A program made the translations under genes and the position numbers. Under the pieces are notes generated by a model. That model worked only from the letters and a program-made list of their open reading frames with translations. It did not search any database and had not been told where the DNA came from. From the NCBI GenBank assembly GCA_902597555.1, contig CACJYE010000001.1, forward strand, positions 1 to 63,561: a DNA stretch of 63,561 nucleotides, in the 5' to 3' direction. Source of the DNA: an uncultured Pelagibacteraceae bacterium (GTDB lineage Bacteria > Pseudomonadota > Alphaproteobacteria > Pelagibacterales > Pelagibacteraceae). Shown here one piece after another: positions 1 through 10,416 of the stretch. Position 1 is the first letter of the stretch. Each line of letters opens with the position of its first letter.

Positions 1-975
1 TCTTTAATTCATCAAGAAAGTGAAATAATTAAAAGAACCTTAAGAGATATGTTTGACGAAAATACTCAAAATATAATTGTAGAAGGGAATGAGGGTTATA
101 AAAAAGCTCAATCGTTTATGAAAACGATGATGCCATCAAATGTGAAAAAAGTAAAAAAGTATAGAGGAAAAATTCCACTATTTATTCAAGAAAATATTGA
201 ACAAAAATTAAATCAAATATTTGACTCTGAAATTAAACTTAAATCAGGAGGATACTTGGTTATTAACCCAACAGAGGCTTTGGTTTCTATTGATATAAAT
301 TCTGGAAGTTCAATTAAAGGAAAAAATGTCGAAAGCACTGCTTTAGATACTAATATTGAAGCTGCAGAAGAAATTGCAAGACAAATAAAAATAAGAGATT
401 TGTCTGGATTAATTATTATAGATTTTATTGATATGCTGAGTTATGGAAATAGAAGATTAGTAGAAAGAAAACTTAAAGAAAAATGCAGATCAGATAGAGC
501 AAGAATTCAAATTGGAAGAATAAGTAATTTCGGTCTTTTAGAGATGTCTAGACAAAGACTTAGGGAAAGCGCGATTAAATGGAAAGTTACATTAACAGAT
601 GAGTCTTTTGCTCAAAAACTTTTAAAAATTGTTGAGTTAAAAGCTGTTATTAACAAAGCTAAATTTGTTGAATTAAAAGTTTGTGAAAAAATTTCAGACT
701 TTCTTAAAGAAAATTTTGTTAACGATTTAACTTATTTTGAAAAAAAAAACAAAATAACAATAGATATTATTAGCGATAATTCACTAATTATACCTGAGTA
801 CAAAATAGATTTTAAAAATAAATCAAAAAAAACAATTGAATTAATTGAATATTACGAAAAATTAAAAAATTTAGAAATTCAAATAAAAGAAGACAAAAAG
901 ACTGAAAAAAAAGGAAAAAAAAAAATTAATAAAAAAACTTATAAGAAAAAAAGATATTATAAAAAAACTAAATAA
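1..975 (+). CDS. rne: Ribonuclease E/G (Rne/Rng), 3' part; 5' end lies outside the window
   Basis: Frame is open from base 1 ([17 protein letters not shown]...). Catalytic-domain motifs [35 protein letters not shown] and [10 protein letters not shown] are present. Short Lys-rich tail. Confidence 0.93.
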   Translation, partial: SLIHQESEIIKRTLRDMFDENTQNIIVEGNEGYKKAQSFMKTMMPSNVKKVKKYRGKIPLFIQENIEQKLNQIFDSEIKLKSGGYLVINPTEALVSIDINSGSSIKGKNVESTALDTNIEAAEEIARQIKIRDLSGLIIIDFIDMLSYGNRRLVERKLKEKCRSDRARIQIGRISNFGLLEMSRQRLRESAIKWKVTLTDESFAQKLLKIVELKAVINKAKFVELKVCEKISDFLKENFVNDLTYFEKKNKITIDIISDNSLIIPEYKIDFKNKSKKTIELIEYYEKLKNLEIQIKEDKKTEKKGKKKINKKTYKKKRYYKKTK

Positions 976-1741
976 TTCCTTTTGATGGAGATGATGGATT
1001 GCCCATCAAAATTTTATCTATTCTTCCAGACTCGTAGGATTGTCTACCAGCTATAACAGCATTTTTAAATGCGAGTGCCATTTCAAAAGGTTTCTTTGCT
1101 TTTGCTATAGCAGTGTTAACTAGTACTCCATCACATCCTAATTCCATCGCAATTGCAGCGTCTGAAGCTTGACCCAAACCAGCATCAATAATTAATGGAA
1201 GTTTAGTTTGTTTTCTAATTATTTGAATATTGATTTTATTTTGAATACCTAATCCTGATCCTATTGGTGCAGCTAAGGGCATAATTGCATCCGCACCTGA
1301 GTTTTCTAAACGCTTAGCCATTAGTGGATCATCATTGCAATAAACCATAACTTTAAAACCTTCTTTTGCTAAAACTTCTGTTGATTTTAAAGTTTCTATC
1401 ATGTCTGGAAATAAATTTTTTTTATCTCCTAAAACTTCTAACTTAACTAGTTTCCAACCACCTATTTCTCTAGCAAGTCTTAAAGTTCGTAAAGCTTCTT
1501 TAGAGTTAAAGCAGCCTGCTGTATTTGGTAAATATGTAATTTTTTTTGGATCAATATAATCCATCAATAAAGGTTTTTTTTTATCAGAAATATTGACCCT
1601 TCTTACAGCAACTGTTACAATTTCTGCCCCAGACAGTTTAATTGCTTTTGCGCACTCAGACATGCTTTTGTATTTTCCAGTTCCAACAATTAATCTTGAA
1701 TTAAATTTTTTTTTAGCAATAATTAAATTATCTTTTTTCAA
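968..1741 (-). CDS. thiG: Thiazole synthase
   Basis: [33 protein letters not shown] and DAGLG motifs; lies next to thiS. Confidence 0.97.
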   Translation of the reverse strand: MKKDNLIIAKKKFNSRLIVGTGKYKSMSECAKAIKLSGAEIVTVAVRRVNISDKKKPLLMDYIDPKKITYLPNTAGCFNSKEALRTLRLAREIGGWKLVKLEVLGDKKNLFPDMIETLKSTEVLAKEGFKVMVYCNDDPLMAKRLENSGADAIMPLAAPIGSGLGIQNKINIQIIRKQTKLPLIIDAGLGQASDAAIAMELGCDGVLVNTAIAKAKKPFEMALAFKNAVIAGRQSYESGRIDKILMGNPSSPSKGII

Positions 1742-1742
1742 A

Positions 1743-1961
1743 TTAACCCCCCCCTATAAAATGAACTATTTCAATTTTATCATTTTTTCTTAATTTTAAT
1801 TTATTAATTTTTTTTTTATCTATTATTTCTTTATTAAGCTCAATAGCTACTTTATTTAATGGTATTTTGAGTTGTTTTAACATTTCAGAGAGTTTTGAAT
1901 TCTCGATAACGGTTTTGATTTTACCATTTATTTTAATTTTTATTTTTTTTATTTTCTTCAT
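1743..1961 (-). CDS. thiS: Sulfur carrier protein ThiS
   Basis: Ubiquitin-like size with C-terminal EIVHFIGGG. The probable start is the ATG at 1961 (MKKIKK), because the longer ORF overlaps aroQ. Confidence 0.93.
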   Translation of the reverse strand: MKKIKKIKIKINGKIKTVIENSKLSEMLKQLKIPLNKVAIELNKEIIDKKKINKLKLRKNDKIEIVHFIGGG

Positions 1962-1977
1962 CGTATATAAGTGCTGA

Positions 1978-2427
1978 ATGAACAATAAAATAATTATTAT
2001 TAATGGTCCAAATCTTAATCTATTAGGTGAAAGAGAACAATCACAATATGGATCAACTTCTTTTGACCAACTTAAAGAAAATTGTTCTAAAAAAGGACAA
2101 GAACTAGGTATTGATGTAAAATTTGCTCAATCAAATATTGAGGGTGAATTGGTAAACATCATACAAGATGCTAGAAAAAAGTTTGATGGTATGATTATAA
2201 ACGCAGCTGCATTTACTCATACCTCTGTGGCCATAAGAGATGCTCTAGACTTATTCAAAAAACCAATAATCGAGCTACACCTTTCAAATATTTATAAAAG
2301 AGAAGAATTTAGACATAAATCACTTATAAGTGGTGTGGTAACTGGAGGAATATTTGGATTAGGTGCTGAAGGATATATTTTGGCCATAATTTCATTACAA
2401 AAGACTTTGCAAAATGAAAATAGATAA
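1978..2427 (+). CDS. aroQ: Type II 3-dehydroquinate dehydratase
   Basis: INGPNLNLLGERE..YG, THTSVAIRDA and ELHLSNIYKREEFRH motifs. Confidence 0.97.
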   Translation: MNNKIIIINGPNLNLLGEREQSQYGSTSFDQLKENCSKKGQELGIDVKFAQSNIEGELVNIIQDARKKFDGMIINAAAFTHTSVAIRDALDLFKKPIIELHLSNIYKREEFRHKSLISGVVTGGIFGLGAEGYILAIISLQKTLQNENR

Positions 2428-2848
2428 AAAAATAATTAAAGAATTAAGTGATTATTTAAAAGAATTTAATCTTACTGAAATAGAGATAACTGAAAAGGAT
2501 ACAAAAATTAAAGTATCAAAAAATAATGTTTCAATTAGTAATCAACCACAAGTTATTTCTTCTTCATCACCTGTAACAAGTCCAGCGCCTACTCAAACTC
2601 AAAATGTTAAATCAGGAACTGAAATTACTTCACCTATAATTGGAACTGCCTATCACGCACCAGAACCTGGTGCTAAAAAGTTTGTTGAAATTGGAAAGAA
2701 AATTAAAAAAGGTGATACAATAATGATCGTAGAGGCAATGAAAACAATGAATCATGTTCCTTCAACAGCAGATGGTGTGGTAAAAGAAATTTGTGTTGAA
2801 GATGGCCAACCTGTAGAATTTGGTCAAACTATAATTATCCTAGAATAA
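2414..2848 (+). CDS. accB: Acetyl-CoA carboxylase biotin carboxyl carrier protein
   Basis: EAMKTMN biotinylation motif; aroQ-accB-accC synteny. Confidence 0.97.
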   Translation: MKIDKKIIKELSDYLKEFNLTEIEITEKDTKIKVSKNNVSISNQPQVISSSSPVTSPAPTQTQNVKSGTEITSPIIGTAYHAPEPGAKKFVEIGKKIKKGDTIMIVEAMKTMNHVPSTADGVVKEICVEDGQPVEFGQTIIILE

Positions 2849-2851
2849 GTA

Positions 2852-4189
2852 ATGTTTAAGAAAATTTTAATTGCAAACCGTGGGGAAATTGCGGTTAGAA
2901 TTATTAGAGCATGTAAAGAATGGGGGATTTCTACTGTCGCTGTTCATTCCGACGTAGATAGAGAAAGTATGCATGTTAGAATGGCTGATGAAAGTGTTTG
3001 TATTGGTTCTCATCAACCAGCAAATAGTTACTTAAACATACCAGCATTAATGTCAGCAATAGAACTTACAAATGCTGATGCTGTTCATCCTGGCTATGGT
3101 TTTCTTTCTGAAAATGGAAATTTTGCAAGAATTTTAGAAGAGAATAAAATTAATTTTATTGGAGCATCATCAAAACATATTGAAATGATGGGTGATAAAA
3201 TCCAAGCAAAAAGAATAGCTAAAGAAAATGGATTACCTGTAATAGAAGGGTCTGAGGGAGGTGTAAAAGATGTTTTTAAAGCAAAGGATATTAGTAAAAA
3301 AATTGGTTTTCCTGTCTTAATCAAAGCCTCAGGTGGAGGTGGAGGTAAAGGTATGAAAATAGTTTATAATGAGGATGAATTTGAAGCTTTGTTTTCAACA
3401 GCTAAATCCGAAGCGCAAAAATACTTTGGTAATGATGAAGTCTACATTGAAAAATTTTTTCAGAACCCAAGACATATTGAGGTTCAAATATTAGCTGGAA
3501 AAAATAGAGTGGTACATCTACATGAAAGAGATTGTTCAGTTCAAAGAAGACATCAAAAACTAATAGAGGAAACACCTAGTCCAGTTTTAAATGATGAGAT
3601 AAGAAAAGATTTATTTGATAGAACATTAAAAATGGTAGCTAAAATAGGTTATATGGGAGCTGGGACTGTTGAGTTTATATATGAGGATGGAAAATTTTAT
3701 TTCCTTGAAATGAACACAAGAGTTCAAGTTGAACATCCTGTAACTGAGATGGTTACAGGCATTGATATAATTAAAGAGCAAATTTGGATTGCTTTCTCAG
3801 GAGAAACAGCTTTGAAACAAAGTGATATAAATCCTAGAGGACATGCAATTGAATGTAGAATAAATGCTGAGGATGCTAGTAAAAACTTTCAGCCTTCGCC
3901 TGGGGTTATTACTATGTGTCATCAACCATCTGGTTTTAGAACAAGAGTAGATGGTGCAATATTTCAAGGATATAAGGTAACGCCTTATTACGATAGTATG
4001 GTTTGTAAATTAATTTGTCATGGAAGAAACAGAACAGAAGCAATTCAAAGAATGAATAGATCTTTGGATGAATTTGTTATTGAAGGAATAACTACTACAA
4101 TACCTCTACATAAAAAATTACTTAATCACAAAAAATTTATCAATTCAGATTTTAATGTTAGTTGGCTAGATAAAGATTCAATTGTTTAA
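2852..4189 (+). CDS. accC: Biotin carboxylase
   Basis: ILIANRGEIA, HPGYGFLSEN, RDCSVQRRHQK and EMNTRVQVEHPVTE motifs. Confidence 0.98.
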   Translation: MFKKILIANRGEIAVRIIRACKEWGISTVAVHSDVDRESMHVRMADESVCIGSHQPANSYLNIPALMSAIELTNADAVHPGYGFLSENGNFARILEENKINFIGASSKHIEMMGDKIQAKRIAKENGLPVIEGSEGGVKDVFKAKDISKKIGFPVLIKASGGGGGKGMKIVYNEDEFEALFSTAKSEAQKYFGNDEVYIEKFFQNPRHIEVQILAGKNRVVHLHERDCSVQRRHQKLIEETPSPVLNDEIRKDLFDRTLKMVAKIGYMGAGTVEFIYEDGKFYFLEMNTRVQVEHPVTEMVTGIDIIKEQIWIAFSGETALKQSDINPRGHAIECRINAEDASKNFQPSPGVITMCHQPSGFRTRVDGAIFQGYKVTPYYDSMVCKLICHGRNRTEAIQRMNRSLDEFVIEGITTTIPLHKKLLNHKKFINSDFNVSWLDKDSIV

Positions 4190-4593
4190 TAACATTTCAC
4201 AAGCCAAACATCGTAAACAGGATGATCAAAAGGTGCGATTGATGGACTTGACGAAAACATCCAGCCATTAAAAACAAAAACTTCATCATTATTTTTATTA
4301 GTCAAATCTCGAACTTGTATATAAGCAGTTATTTCTGGATTATCATCAAATTCTGAATTTTTACATTTTAGAATTTTAATTGATAAATCTTTAAATTTTT
4401 TTAATTCTCCATTTTTGATTTTAAGTAAAGTGTTTTTAGTACTAATCTTATCCAAAATTTTTATATCAGTAAAAGTGCCCTCTAAATTACTTTTTGCGTT
4501 TGAGTTTAAAACTAAACAAAAAAAAAATAGAAAAACTAAATAGATTAATTTAATATTATTCTTTCCAACTTGAGTATTTCTTTTTAATACCAT
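4186..4593 (-). CDS. DUF2155-family protein
   Basis: LDKI..., FNGWMFSSSPSI.PFDHPVYDVWLVKC C-terminus; usual neighbour of NDUFA12 in alphaproteobacteria. Confidence 0.85.
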   Translation of the reverse strand: MVLKRNTQVGKNNIKLIYLVFLFFFCLVLNSNAKSNLEGTFTDIKILDKISTKNTLLKIKNGELKKFKDLSIKILKCKNSEFDDNPEITAYIQVRDLTNKNNDEVFVFNGWMFSSSPSIAPFDHPVYDVWLVKCY

Positions 4594-4915
4594 CTTTATT
4601 TTTATTTGGATAATATGCTGCGTCAGTCCCAGTTAAATTTTCTTGATGTGGTTTTTGCCATTCATATTTTTCTAAGGTATGTTTTTTTTCAATTTTATTT
4701 GCTGTAAAATGTATCCAAGAATACCATTCAACAGGAATTTTTGATGCGTCAATTGTGTTTGAATAGATAACCCATCTTTTGCCATTTTTACTCTCATAGT
4801 ATTTATTACCTAGTTCATCAGTGCCAACTAGTTTTCCAAAAAAAATAGTTTTTAATCTAGTTCCAAATGTATCTTGATTCCACCATGTGAAAATTTTTCT
4901 TAGGAGTGTCAACAT
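4556..4915 (-). CDS. NADH:ubiquinone oxidoreductase NDUFA12 (17.2 kDa)-family protein
   Basis: GTDELGNKYYE, RWVIY, DASKIPVEWYSWIH and KPHQENLTGT motifs. Confidence 0.93.
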   Translation of the reverse strand: MLTLLRKIFTWWNQDTFGTRLKTIFFGKLVGTDELGNKYYESKNGKRWVIYSNTIDASKIPVEWYSWIHFTANKIEKKHTLEKYEWQKPHQENLTGTDAAYYPNKNKDGIKKKYSSWKE

Positions 4916-5029
4916 AATATTATTTTATTTATTCAATTAAAAATTGTAAAATTTAAATTAGACTAAAATATGAATATGTATATAAATTAAATGATTCATT
5001 ATTCAAATTAAAATTTAAATTGAGGTTAA

Positions 5030-5851
5030 ATGGCAAAGTATTTAGTTGAAACTTATTATACCTGTACCTTTAAAGTAAATCATTATTTAGATGATATTAA
5101 TGAGGCAGAGTTAGAAAATTTAGAAAAAAGAGATGATGGTAAATTTGAGGTTTTAGACGTCAAACTTGATAACAGAAAAACAAAAAGTCTAGACCCTAAA
5201 AACAAAGTTATTGAAAGTAACAAAATTGAAGTAATTACCGAGACAGATACAAAAAGCCCAACAAATGTAAAAAATGTAATAAAAAGCATAAACACAACTA
5301 AAGAAAAGACAGGTAAAAGATTTAGCATGCCTGATAGACGAAAGGGATATATTCAAAAGGCAACTATTGGTGATCACAAAGTCTACTTGCATACTGGAGA
5401 ATATGAAGATGGAAAAATTGGAGAAATTTTTATAGATACCAGTAAAGAAGGTGAACTTGTAAAAGCTTTAATGAATAACTTTGCAATTGCTGTCTCTTTA
5501 GGCCTTCAATATGGTGTTCCGTTAGACGAGTTTATCAGTGCATTTGTTGGTACAAAATTTGAACCATCTGGCAAAGTCCACGGTAATGATAGAATATTAA
5601 GTGCCACATCAATCTTAGATTATATTTTTAGAGAATTAGCTATTTCATATCAAAATAGAGAAGATCTAGCTCATACTCCAGCTATTGGAGGAAATGATTC
5701 CATGAATAATGAAGATCAAAACTCTGAAGATCAAAATCAATTATTAAAAATTGTGAAAGATATAACTAGCAAAGGCTTTGTGAGAAATAATTATAAAAAA
5801 AATCTAGTTGATCTTTCGGATGTAAAAATAAGTTTAAAAGGCAAAAAATAA
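5030..5851 (+). CDS. Stand-alone TSCPD-like protein homologous to the C-terminal region of class II ribonucleotide reductase NrdJ; no catalytic barrel
   Basis: [55 protein letters not shown] and [13 protein letters not shown] match the alphaproteobacterial NrdJ C-terminal segment. Only 273 aa. Confidence 0.85.
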   Translation: MAKYLVETYYTCTFKVNHYLDDINEAELENLEKRDDGKFEVLDVKLDNRKTKSLDPKNKVIESNKIEVITETDTKSPTNVKNVIKSINTTKEKTGKRFSMPDRRKGYIQKATIGDHKVYLHTGEYEDGKIGEIFIDTSKEGELVKALMNNFAIAVSLGLQYGVPLDEFISAFVGTKFEPSGKVHGNDRILSATSILDYIFRELAISYQNREDLAHTPAIGGNDSMNNEDQNSEDQNQLLKIVKDITSKGFVRNNYKKNLVDLSDVKISLKGKK

Positions 5852-5852
5852 C

Positions 5853-7637
5853 TTATTTTTTAGTTTTTAGAGCTAAACTTAATTCTTTTAATTGATCTGG
5901 ATTCACCTCAGATGGTGCATTCATCATCAAATCTTGTGCGTTTTGGTTCATTGGAAACATAGTAACTTCCCTAATATTTTTCTCATTAGCTAGTAACATT
6001 ACGATTCTATCAATACCAGGTGCTATTCCTCCATGTGGCGGTGCACCATAACTAAGTGCATTAATCATACCACTAAATTTTTCATCTACTTGATTTTTAT
6101 CATATCCAGCAATCGAGAAAAGTTTATACATAAGTTCTGGTTTATGATTTCTAATTGCTCCTGAAGATAGTTCTATGCCATTACAAACTATGTCGTATTG
6201 ATAAGCAAGTATATCTAACGGATTTTCAAAATCTTTTTCACTTAAATCACCTTGAGGCATTGAAAATGGATTGTGACTAAATTCAATCTTGTTTGTTGCC
6301 TCATCTTTTTCGAACATTGGATAATCTACAATCCAACAAAATGCGAAAATATTTTCATCAATCAAATCAAGATCTTTTGCAATTTTATCTCTTGCTAGTG
6401 CAGTAATTTTTTCTAATTCATCTTGTTTTCCACAAGCCATGAAAATACTATCCCCTATTTCACAGTTTGTTTTTTTCATAATTTCAACCAATGCATCTTG
6501 AGAAAAGAATTTTCCTATAGGGCCTTTTGCTGAAATATTTTTATCTTTTTCAAAAGTAAAATAAGCTAAACCAGAAGCACCTTCTTCTTTAGCCCATTTA
6601 TCAATATTATCAAAAAAACTTCTGGGCTTATCTTTCGTATTTTTTGTAATAATACATCTTACTTTAGATCCAGATTTTACTAATTTTTTAAATATTTCAA
6701 ACGAAACATCTTCTCTTGTAAAAATTTCAGTTATATCATTTACAATGAGCGGATTTCTTAAATCTGGTTTGTCAGTGCCATATTTCAGCATTGATTCCTT
6801 ATATGAAATCTTTGGAAATTTATCAAACATCAGTTTTTTTGTAGAAAAATTTTGAAATGTATTAACCATTAACTTTTCAACAACATTAAATACATCCTCT
6901 TGTTCAACAAATGACATTTCCAAATCTAATTGATAAAACTCGCCAGGACTTCTGTCTGCTCTTGCATCCTCATCTCTGAAACAAGGTGCAATTTGAAAGT
7001 ATCTATCAAAGCCTGAAACCATAATTAATTGTTTAAATTGCTGAGGAGCTTGGGGTAGTGCATAAAATTTTCCTGGATTTAAACGACTTGGTACTAAAAA
7101 ATCTCTAGCACCCTCTGGGCTAGATGAGGTCAAAATTGGTGTTTGAAATTCTAAAAAACCCAATTTAGTCATTTCATTTCGGATGTATGAAATAACCTTG
7201 GATCTTAAAATAATATTTTCATGAATTTTTTTTCTTCTTAAATCTAAAAATCTATATTTCAATCTTATTTCTTCTGCATACTCTTGATCACTAAAGATTG
7301 GCATAGGGAGCTCTTTACAAGTGCCTAAAACTTCATGCTGCTCAATAACAACCTCAATTTCACCTGTGTCAATTTCAGAATTAATTGTCTCTTCAGATCT
7401 GTTAACAACTTTGCCCTCAACTTTAATTACTGTTTCTAATTGCATTTTTTCTAAATCAGAAAAATATTTATTATCTTTATCAATTATACATTGGGTAATT
7501 CCGTAATTATCTCTCAAATCAATAAATAATAAATTCCCATGATCTCTTTTTTTATTTACCCAGCCTGAAAGAGAAATTTTTTTATCTACATCCTTTTTTC
7601 TTAATTCATTACACTTGTGTGTTCTGTATTTATTCAA
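5853..7637 (-). CDS. aspS: Aspartyl-tRNA synthetase
   Basis: YRTHKC, FIDLRD, PEGARDFLVPSR, QIAPCFRDED and GAPPHGGIAPGIDR motifs. TTG start preceded by GAGG. Confidence 0.98.
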   Translation of the reverse strand: MNKYRTHKCNELRKKDVDKKISLSGWVNKKRDHGNLLFIDLRDNYGITQCIIDKDNKYFSDLEKMQLETVIKVEGKVVNRSEETINSEIDTGEIEVVIEQHEVLGTCKELPMPIFSDQEYAEEIRLKYRFLDLRRKKIHENIILRSKVISYIRNEMTKLGFLEFQTPILTSSSPEGARDFLVPSRLNPGKFYALPQAPQQFKQLIMVSGFDRYFQIAPCFRDEDARADRSPGEFYQLDLEMSFVEQEDVFNVVEKLMVNTFQNFSTKKLMFDKFPKISYKESMLKYGTDKPDLRNPLIVNDITEIFTREDVSFEIFKKLVKSGSKVRCIITKNTKDKPRSFFDNIDKWAKEEGASGLAYFTFEKDKNISAKGPIGKFFSQDALVEIMKKTNCEIGDSIFMACGKQDELEKITALARDKIAKDLDLIDENIFAFCWIVDYPMFEKDEATNKIEFSHNPFSMPQGDLSEKDFENPLDILAYQYDIVCNGIELSSGAIRNHKPELMYKLFSIAGYDKNQVDEKFSGMINALSYGAPPHGGIAPGIDRIVMLLANEKNIREVTMFPMNQNAQDLMMNAPSEVNPDQLKELSLALKTKK

Positions 7638-8300
7638 TTAAACCTCTAATGCTTCTTTTATAATTTTAAAATCGATTGGTTTCTTTCTTTTTAAACTAAT
7701 TTCGTCGATTTTATATATGAAATCAGAAATTTTGCCATAAGTTCTATCAATTCTCTTAATTATAAATTCGATAAGTTTTTGGTCTATTGATATTTGACGA
7801 TCAGAAAGATTTTTTAATATTAGTGCATAAATTAAATCGTCACCAGGTTTTTCAATTTGAGATAAAATAAAATTAGAAGATCTTGAATTTAGATCATTTA
7901 GTTTAAATTTAAAGTCAACTATTGGTATTCTGGATGTTACTATCAAATACTTATTGTCCTGATCTACTATGTTTATAAGTGAAAAAAATAAGTTTTCATT
8001 TATTTTTTCAGTTAAATCCTCAACAACAATGTTTTCATATATTTTAATTTTTTGAAGAAAATCACTAGTTATATCCTCTGAATTAATTTTAACTCCTTTA
8101 TTTTTTTCTAAAAATATATTTATTAAATGACTTTTTCCTGAAAACTTTTCGCCTATTAAGTTTATAAAATTTTTTTCCCATTTTGGCCAACTGTTTAAAA
8201 GGATAAAAGAGTGTTCATTGCTACTTGAAACATAAAAATCCTGATCTTTAAAATTTTGATCATAATCAAATTTAATTATTTGTTGATTAAGATTTGTCAT
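7638..8300 (-). CDS. hda: DnaA/Hda-family AAA+ protein (HdaA-like)
   Basis: DFYVSSSN, Walker A-like GEKFSGKSHL, DLNSR; conserved position near purM. Confidence 0.8.
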   Translation of the reverse strand: MTNLNQQIIKFDYDQNFKDQDFYVSSSNEHSFILLNSWPKWEKNFINLIGEKFSGKSHLINIFLEKNKGVKINSEDITSDFLQKIKIYENIVVEDLTEKINENLFFSLINIVDQDNKYLIVTSRIPIVDFKFKLNDLNSRSSNFILSQIEKPGDDLIYALILKNLSDRQISIDQKLIEFIIKRIDRTYGKISDFIYKIDEISLKRKKPIDFKIIKEALEV

Positions 8301-9375
8301 TTAAAACCCAAATTTTATTTTTAATTTCAAAATTATAATTTTCATCACGCATAACCTCTAAAAATTTATCAGGTGTTCCGTTAAAAATAACTTTATAAAA
8401 ATTATTCTTATTATCAAATTTATAAATGTAAAAATTATATATTAAATCCATATCAGATAGAATTTTTTCAAACTTTTTAAGTTTAATATTATTTGAATTG
8501 TTTATAGAAATATTTAAAGATAACTTTACTGATGTATTAATTTCATTTTGTGATTTCCAAAAATCTTCGTGAACTAATTTTAAATTATCAATAAATTTAA
8601 ATATTTCTTCCTCATTGTCAAAATTAACTTCACTATAATCTAAGTTTTTTAAATTATTTTTTTTATTAAAAAAAATTTTGTTAAACACCCTAATTTTATT
8701 ATTATTTTTAAAAACAATCATAATTATATGATCATTCATATTGTATTTACTTATAATTTCCTTAAAATCATAAGTTTCTAAATTATTAATATTTTTTTTA
8801 ATTAAATTGAAATCATCAAGATCTTGCGTAGGCAAGATATAATTTAAAAGTCTATATTTTTTATTATTTAAATTCCACATAGTAAATAATATATTCTCTG
8901 AAAACATTGAAACTTGATTTTTATTTTGATCAACAAAAACAGGAATAAATAAAAAATTTTTTTTCAAAGGCAAAGATGGAAATACATTTTTTGACTCTAG
9001 TAAGTCAAATATATTTTTTTTATTAAACGAAACATTCAAGGTAAGATAATAAATCTCGTTGATAAACTTTTCTTCTTTAATAGAAAAAGTTTCAATCATT
9101 CCCTTAATTTGATTTATTGATGTATTCTTTAATTTTACTTGTTCTTTACTTTGAACAATTGACAAAATAAGTTCGTTAAATGCCTCTACAAAGCCTTTAT
9201 CGATAATTTCATTTTTATTAAAATTTATTTCAAAAGGTGTTGATATTTCAATATCATTTATGGAAAATGTCTTTGCATGACCTTTTCCTGTGGAAAAGAA
9301 AATATTTATTAAAGCAAGAAATACAAAAAAAATATATAAAAGCTTTAAATTACTAAGTAGAGAATTAAATTTCAT
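8287..9375 (-). CDS. Exported hypothetical protein (DUF2066-like), divergent from purM
   Basis: N-terminal signal/TM segment. Position between hdaA and purM is typical of DUF2066. FSIKEEKF..YYLTLNVSF segment. Confidence 0.6.
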   Translation of the reverse strand: MKFNSLLSNLKLLYIFFVFLALINIFFSTGKGHAKTFSINDIEISTPFEINFNKNEIIDKGFVEAFNELILSIVQSKEQVKLKNTSINQIKGMIETFSIKEEKFINEIYYLTLNVSFNKKNIFDLLESKNVFPSLPLKKNFLFIPVFVDQNKNQVSMFSENILFTMWNLNNKKYRLLNYILPTQDLDDFNLIKKNINNLETYDFKEIISKYNMNDHIIMIVFKNNNKIRVFNKIFFNKKNNLKNLDYSEVNFDNEEEIFKFIDNLKLVHEDFWKSQNEINTSVKLSLNISINNSNNIKLKKFEKILSDMDLIYNFYIYKFDNKNNFYKVIFNGTPDKFLEVMRDENYNFEIKNKIWVLNDKS

Positions 9376-9386
9376 AAAACATATTA

Positions 9387-10416
9387 ATGAATATAAAAAA
9401 ATTTACCTATAAAAAAAGTGGAGTTAATATTAATGCTGCTGACAAGTTTGTTGATTTCATTGCTACAGTTTCAACAAAAAAAAAGAGGCAAAAAAAAGTT
9501 TTCTAATATAGGGGGGTTTGGCTCAATCACAAATATACCAAATAATATAAGACAACCCAGAATCGTAGCTTGTACTGATGGTGTTGGAACTAAAATAGAA
9601 ATTGCCAATACATTAAATAAATTTGATACTATTGGAATTGACTTAGTAGCTATGAGTGTAAATGATTTGATCGTTCAAGGAGCTAAGCCCCTTCTTTTTT
9701 TAGATTATATATCAATTAATAAAATTGACCTTAATAAACTTAAAGCAATAATTAAAGGTATTAATCATGGCTGCAATCAATCAGAATGCGAACTTGTAGG
9801 AGGAGAAACTGCTGAAATGCCTGACACCTACGAAAAAGGAAAATTTGATATTGCTGGTTTTGCAGTTGGAGTTGTTAGCAAAAATAAAATTTTAAATAAA
9901 AAAAAAATAAAAGAAAATAATCTAATACTAGCTGTGCCGTCTAGTGGTTTACATTCTAATGGGTATTCTCTTGTAAGATATTTAATAAAAGAAAAAAAAA
10001 TAAATATTAAAAAAGATAAGTTTTTAAAATCTGAGCTTTTAAAACCAACAAAAATATATGTTAAAGAAATTATGAAATTATTAAACAAAAACTTAATTAA
10101 TGGCTGTGCTAATATAACCGGAGGAGGATTGTCTGATAATATAAAAAGGATTATCCCAGATAAACTCTCTGCAAATATAAATTTAAATAAAATTAAAACT
10201 CCTAAAATATTTAGTTGGCTTAAAAATAATGGAATATCTGATAAAGAAATGCTCAAAACATTTAATTGTGGAGTAGGTTTTTGTCTTGTTGTTGAAAATA
10301 GAAATGTAAAAAAAATAAATAAATTTTTTTCAAAAGAATACAAACCATATGTGATTGGAAAAATTTCTAAAGATAAAAATAAAGTTAAACTAAATGGTTC
10401 TATCAACTGGTTATAA
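9387..10416 (+). CDS. purM: AIR synthase PurM, interrupted by a one-base frameshift in an A homopolymer near 9476-9497
   Basis: ATG at 9387 reads MNIKKFTYKKSGVNINAADKFV (canonical PurM N-terminus) but stops at 9504-9506. The rest (IGGFG, TDGVGTK, GGETAEMP, SSGLHSNGYS, TFNCGVG) is in the +1 frame. Confidence 0.93.

Noticed and set aside
9418-9483. Hydrophobic N-terminal extension on PurM (ORF-track translation)
   Set aside because: It is an out-of-frame reading upstream of the homopolymer frameshift. The true N-terminus starts at 9387.
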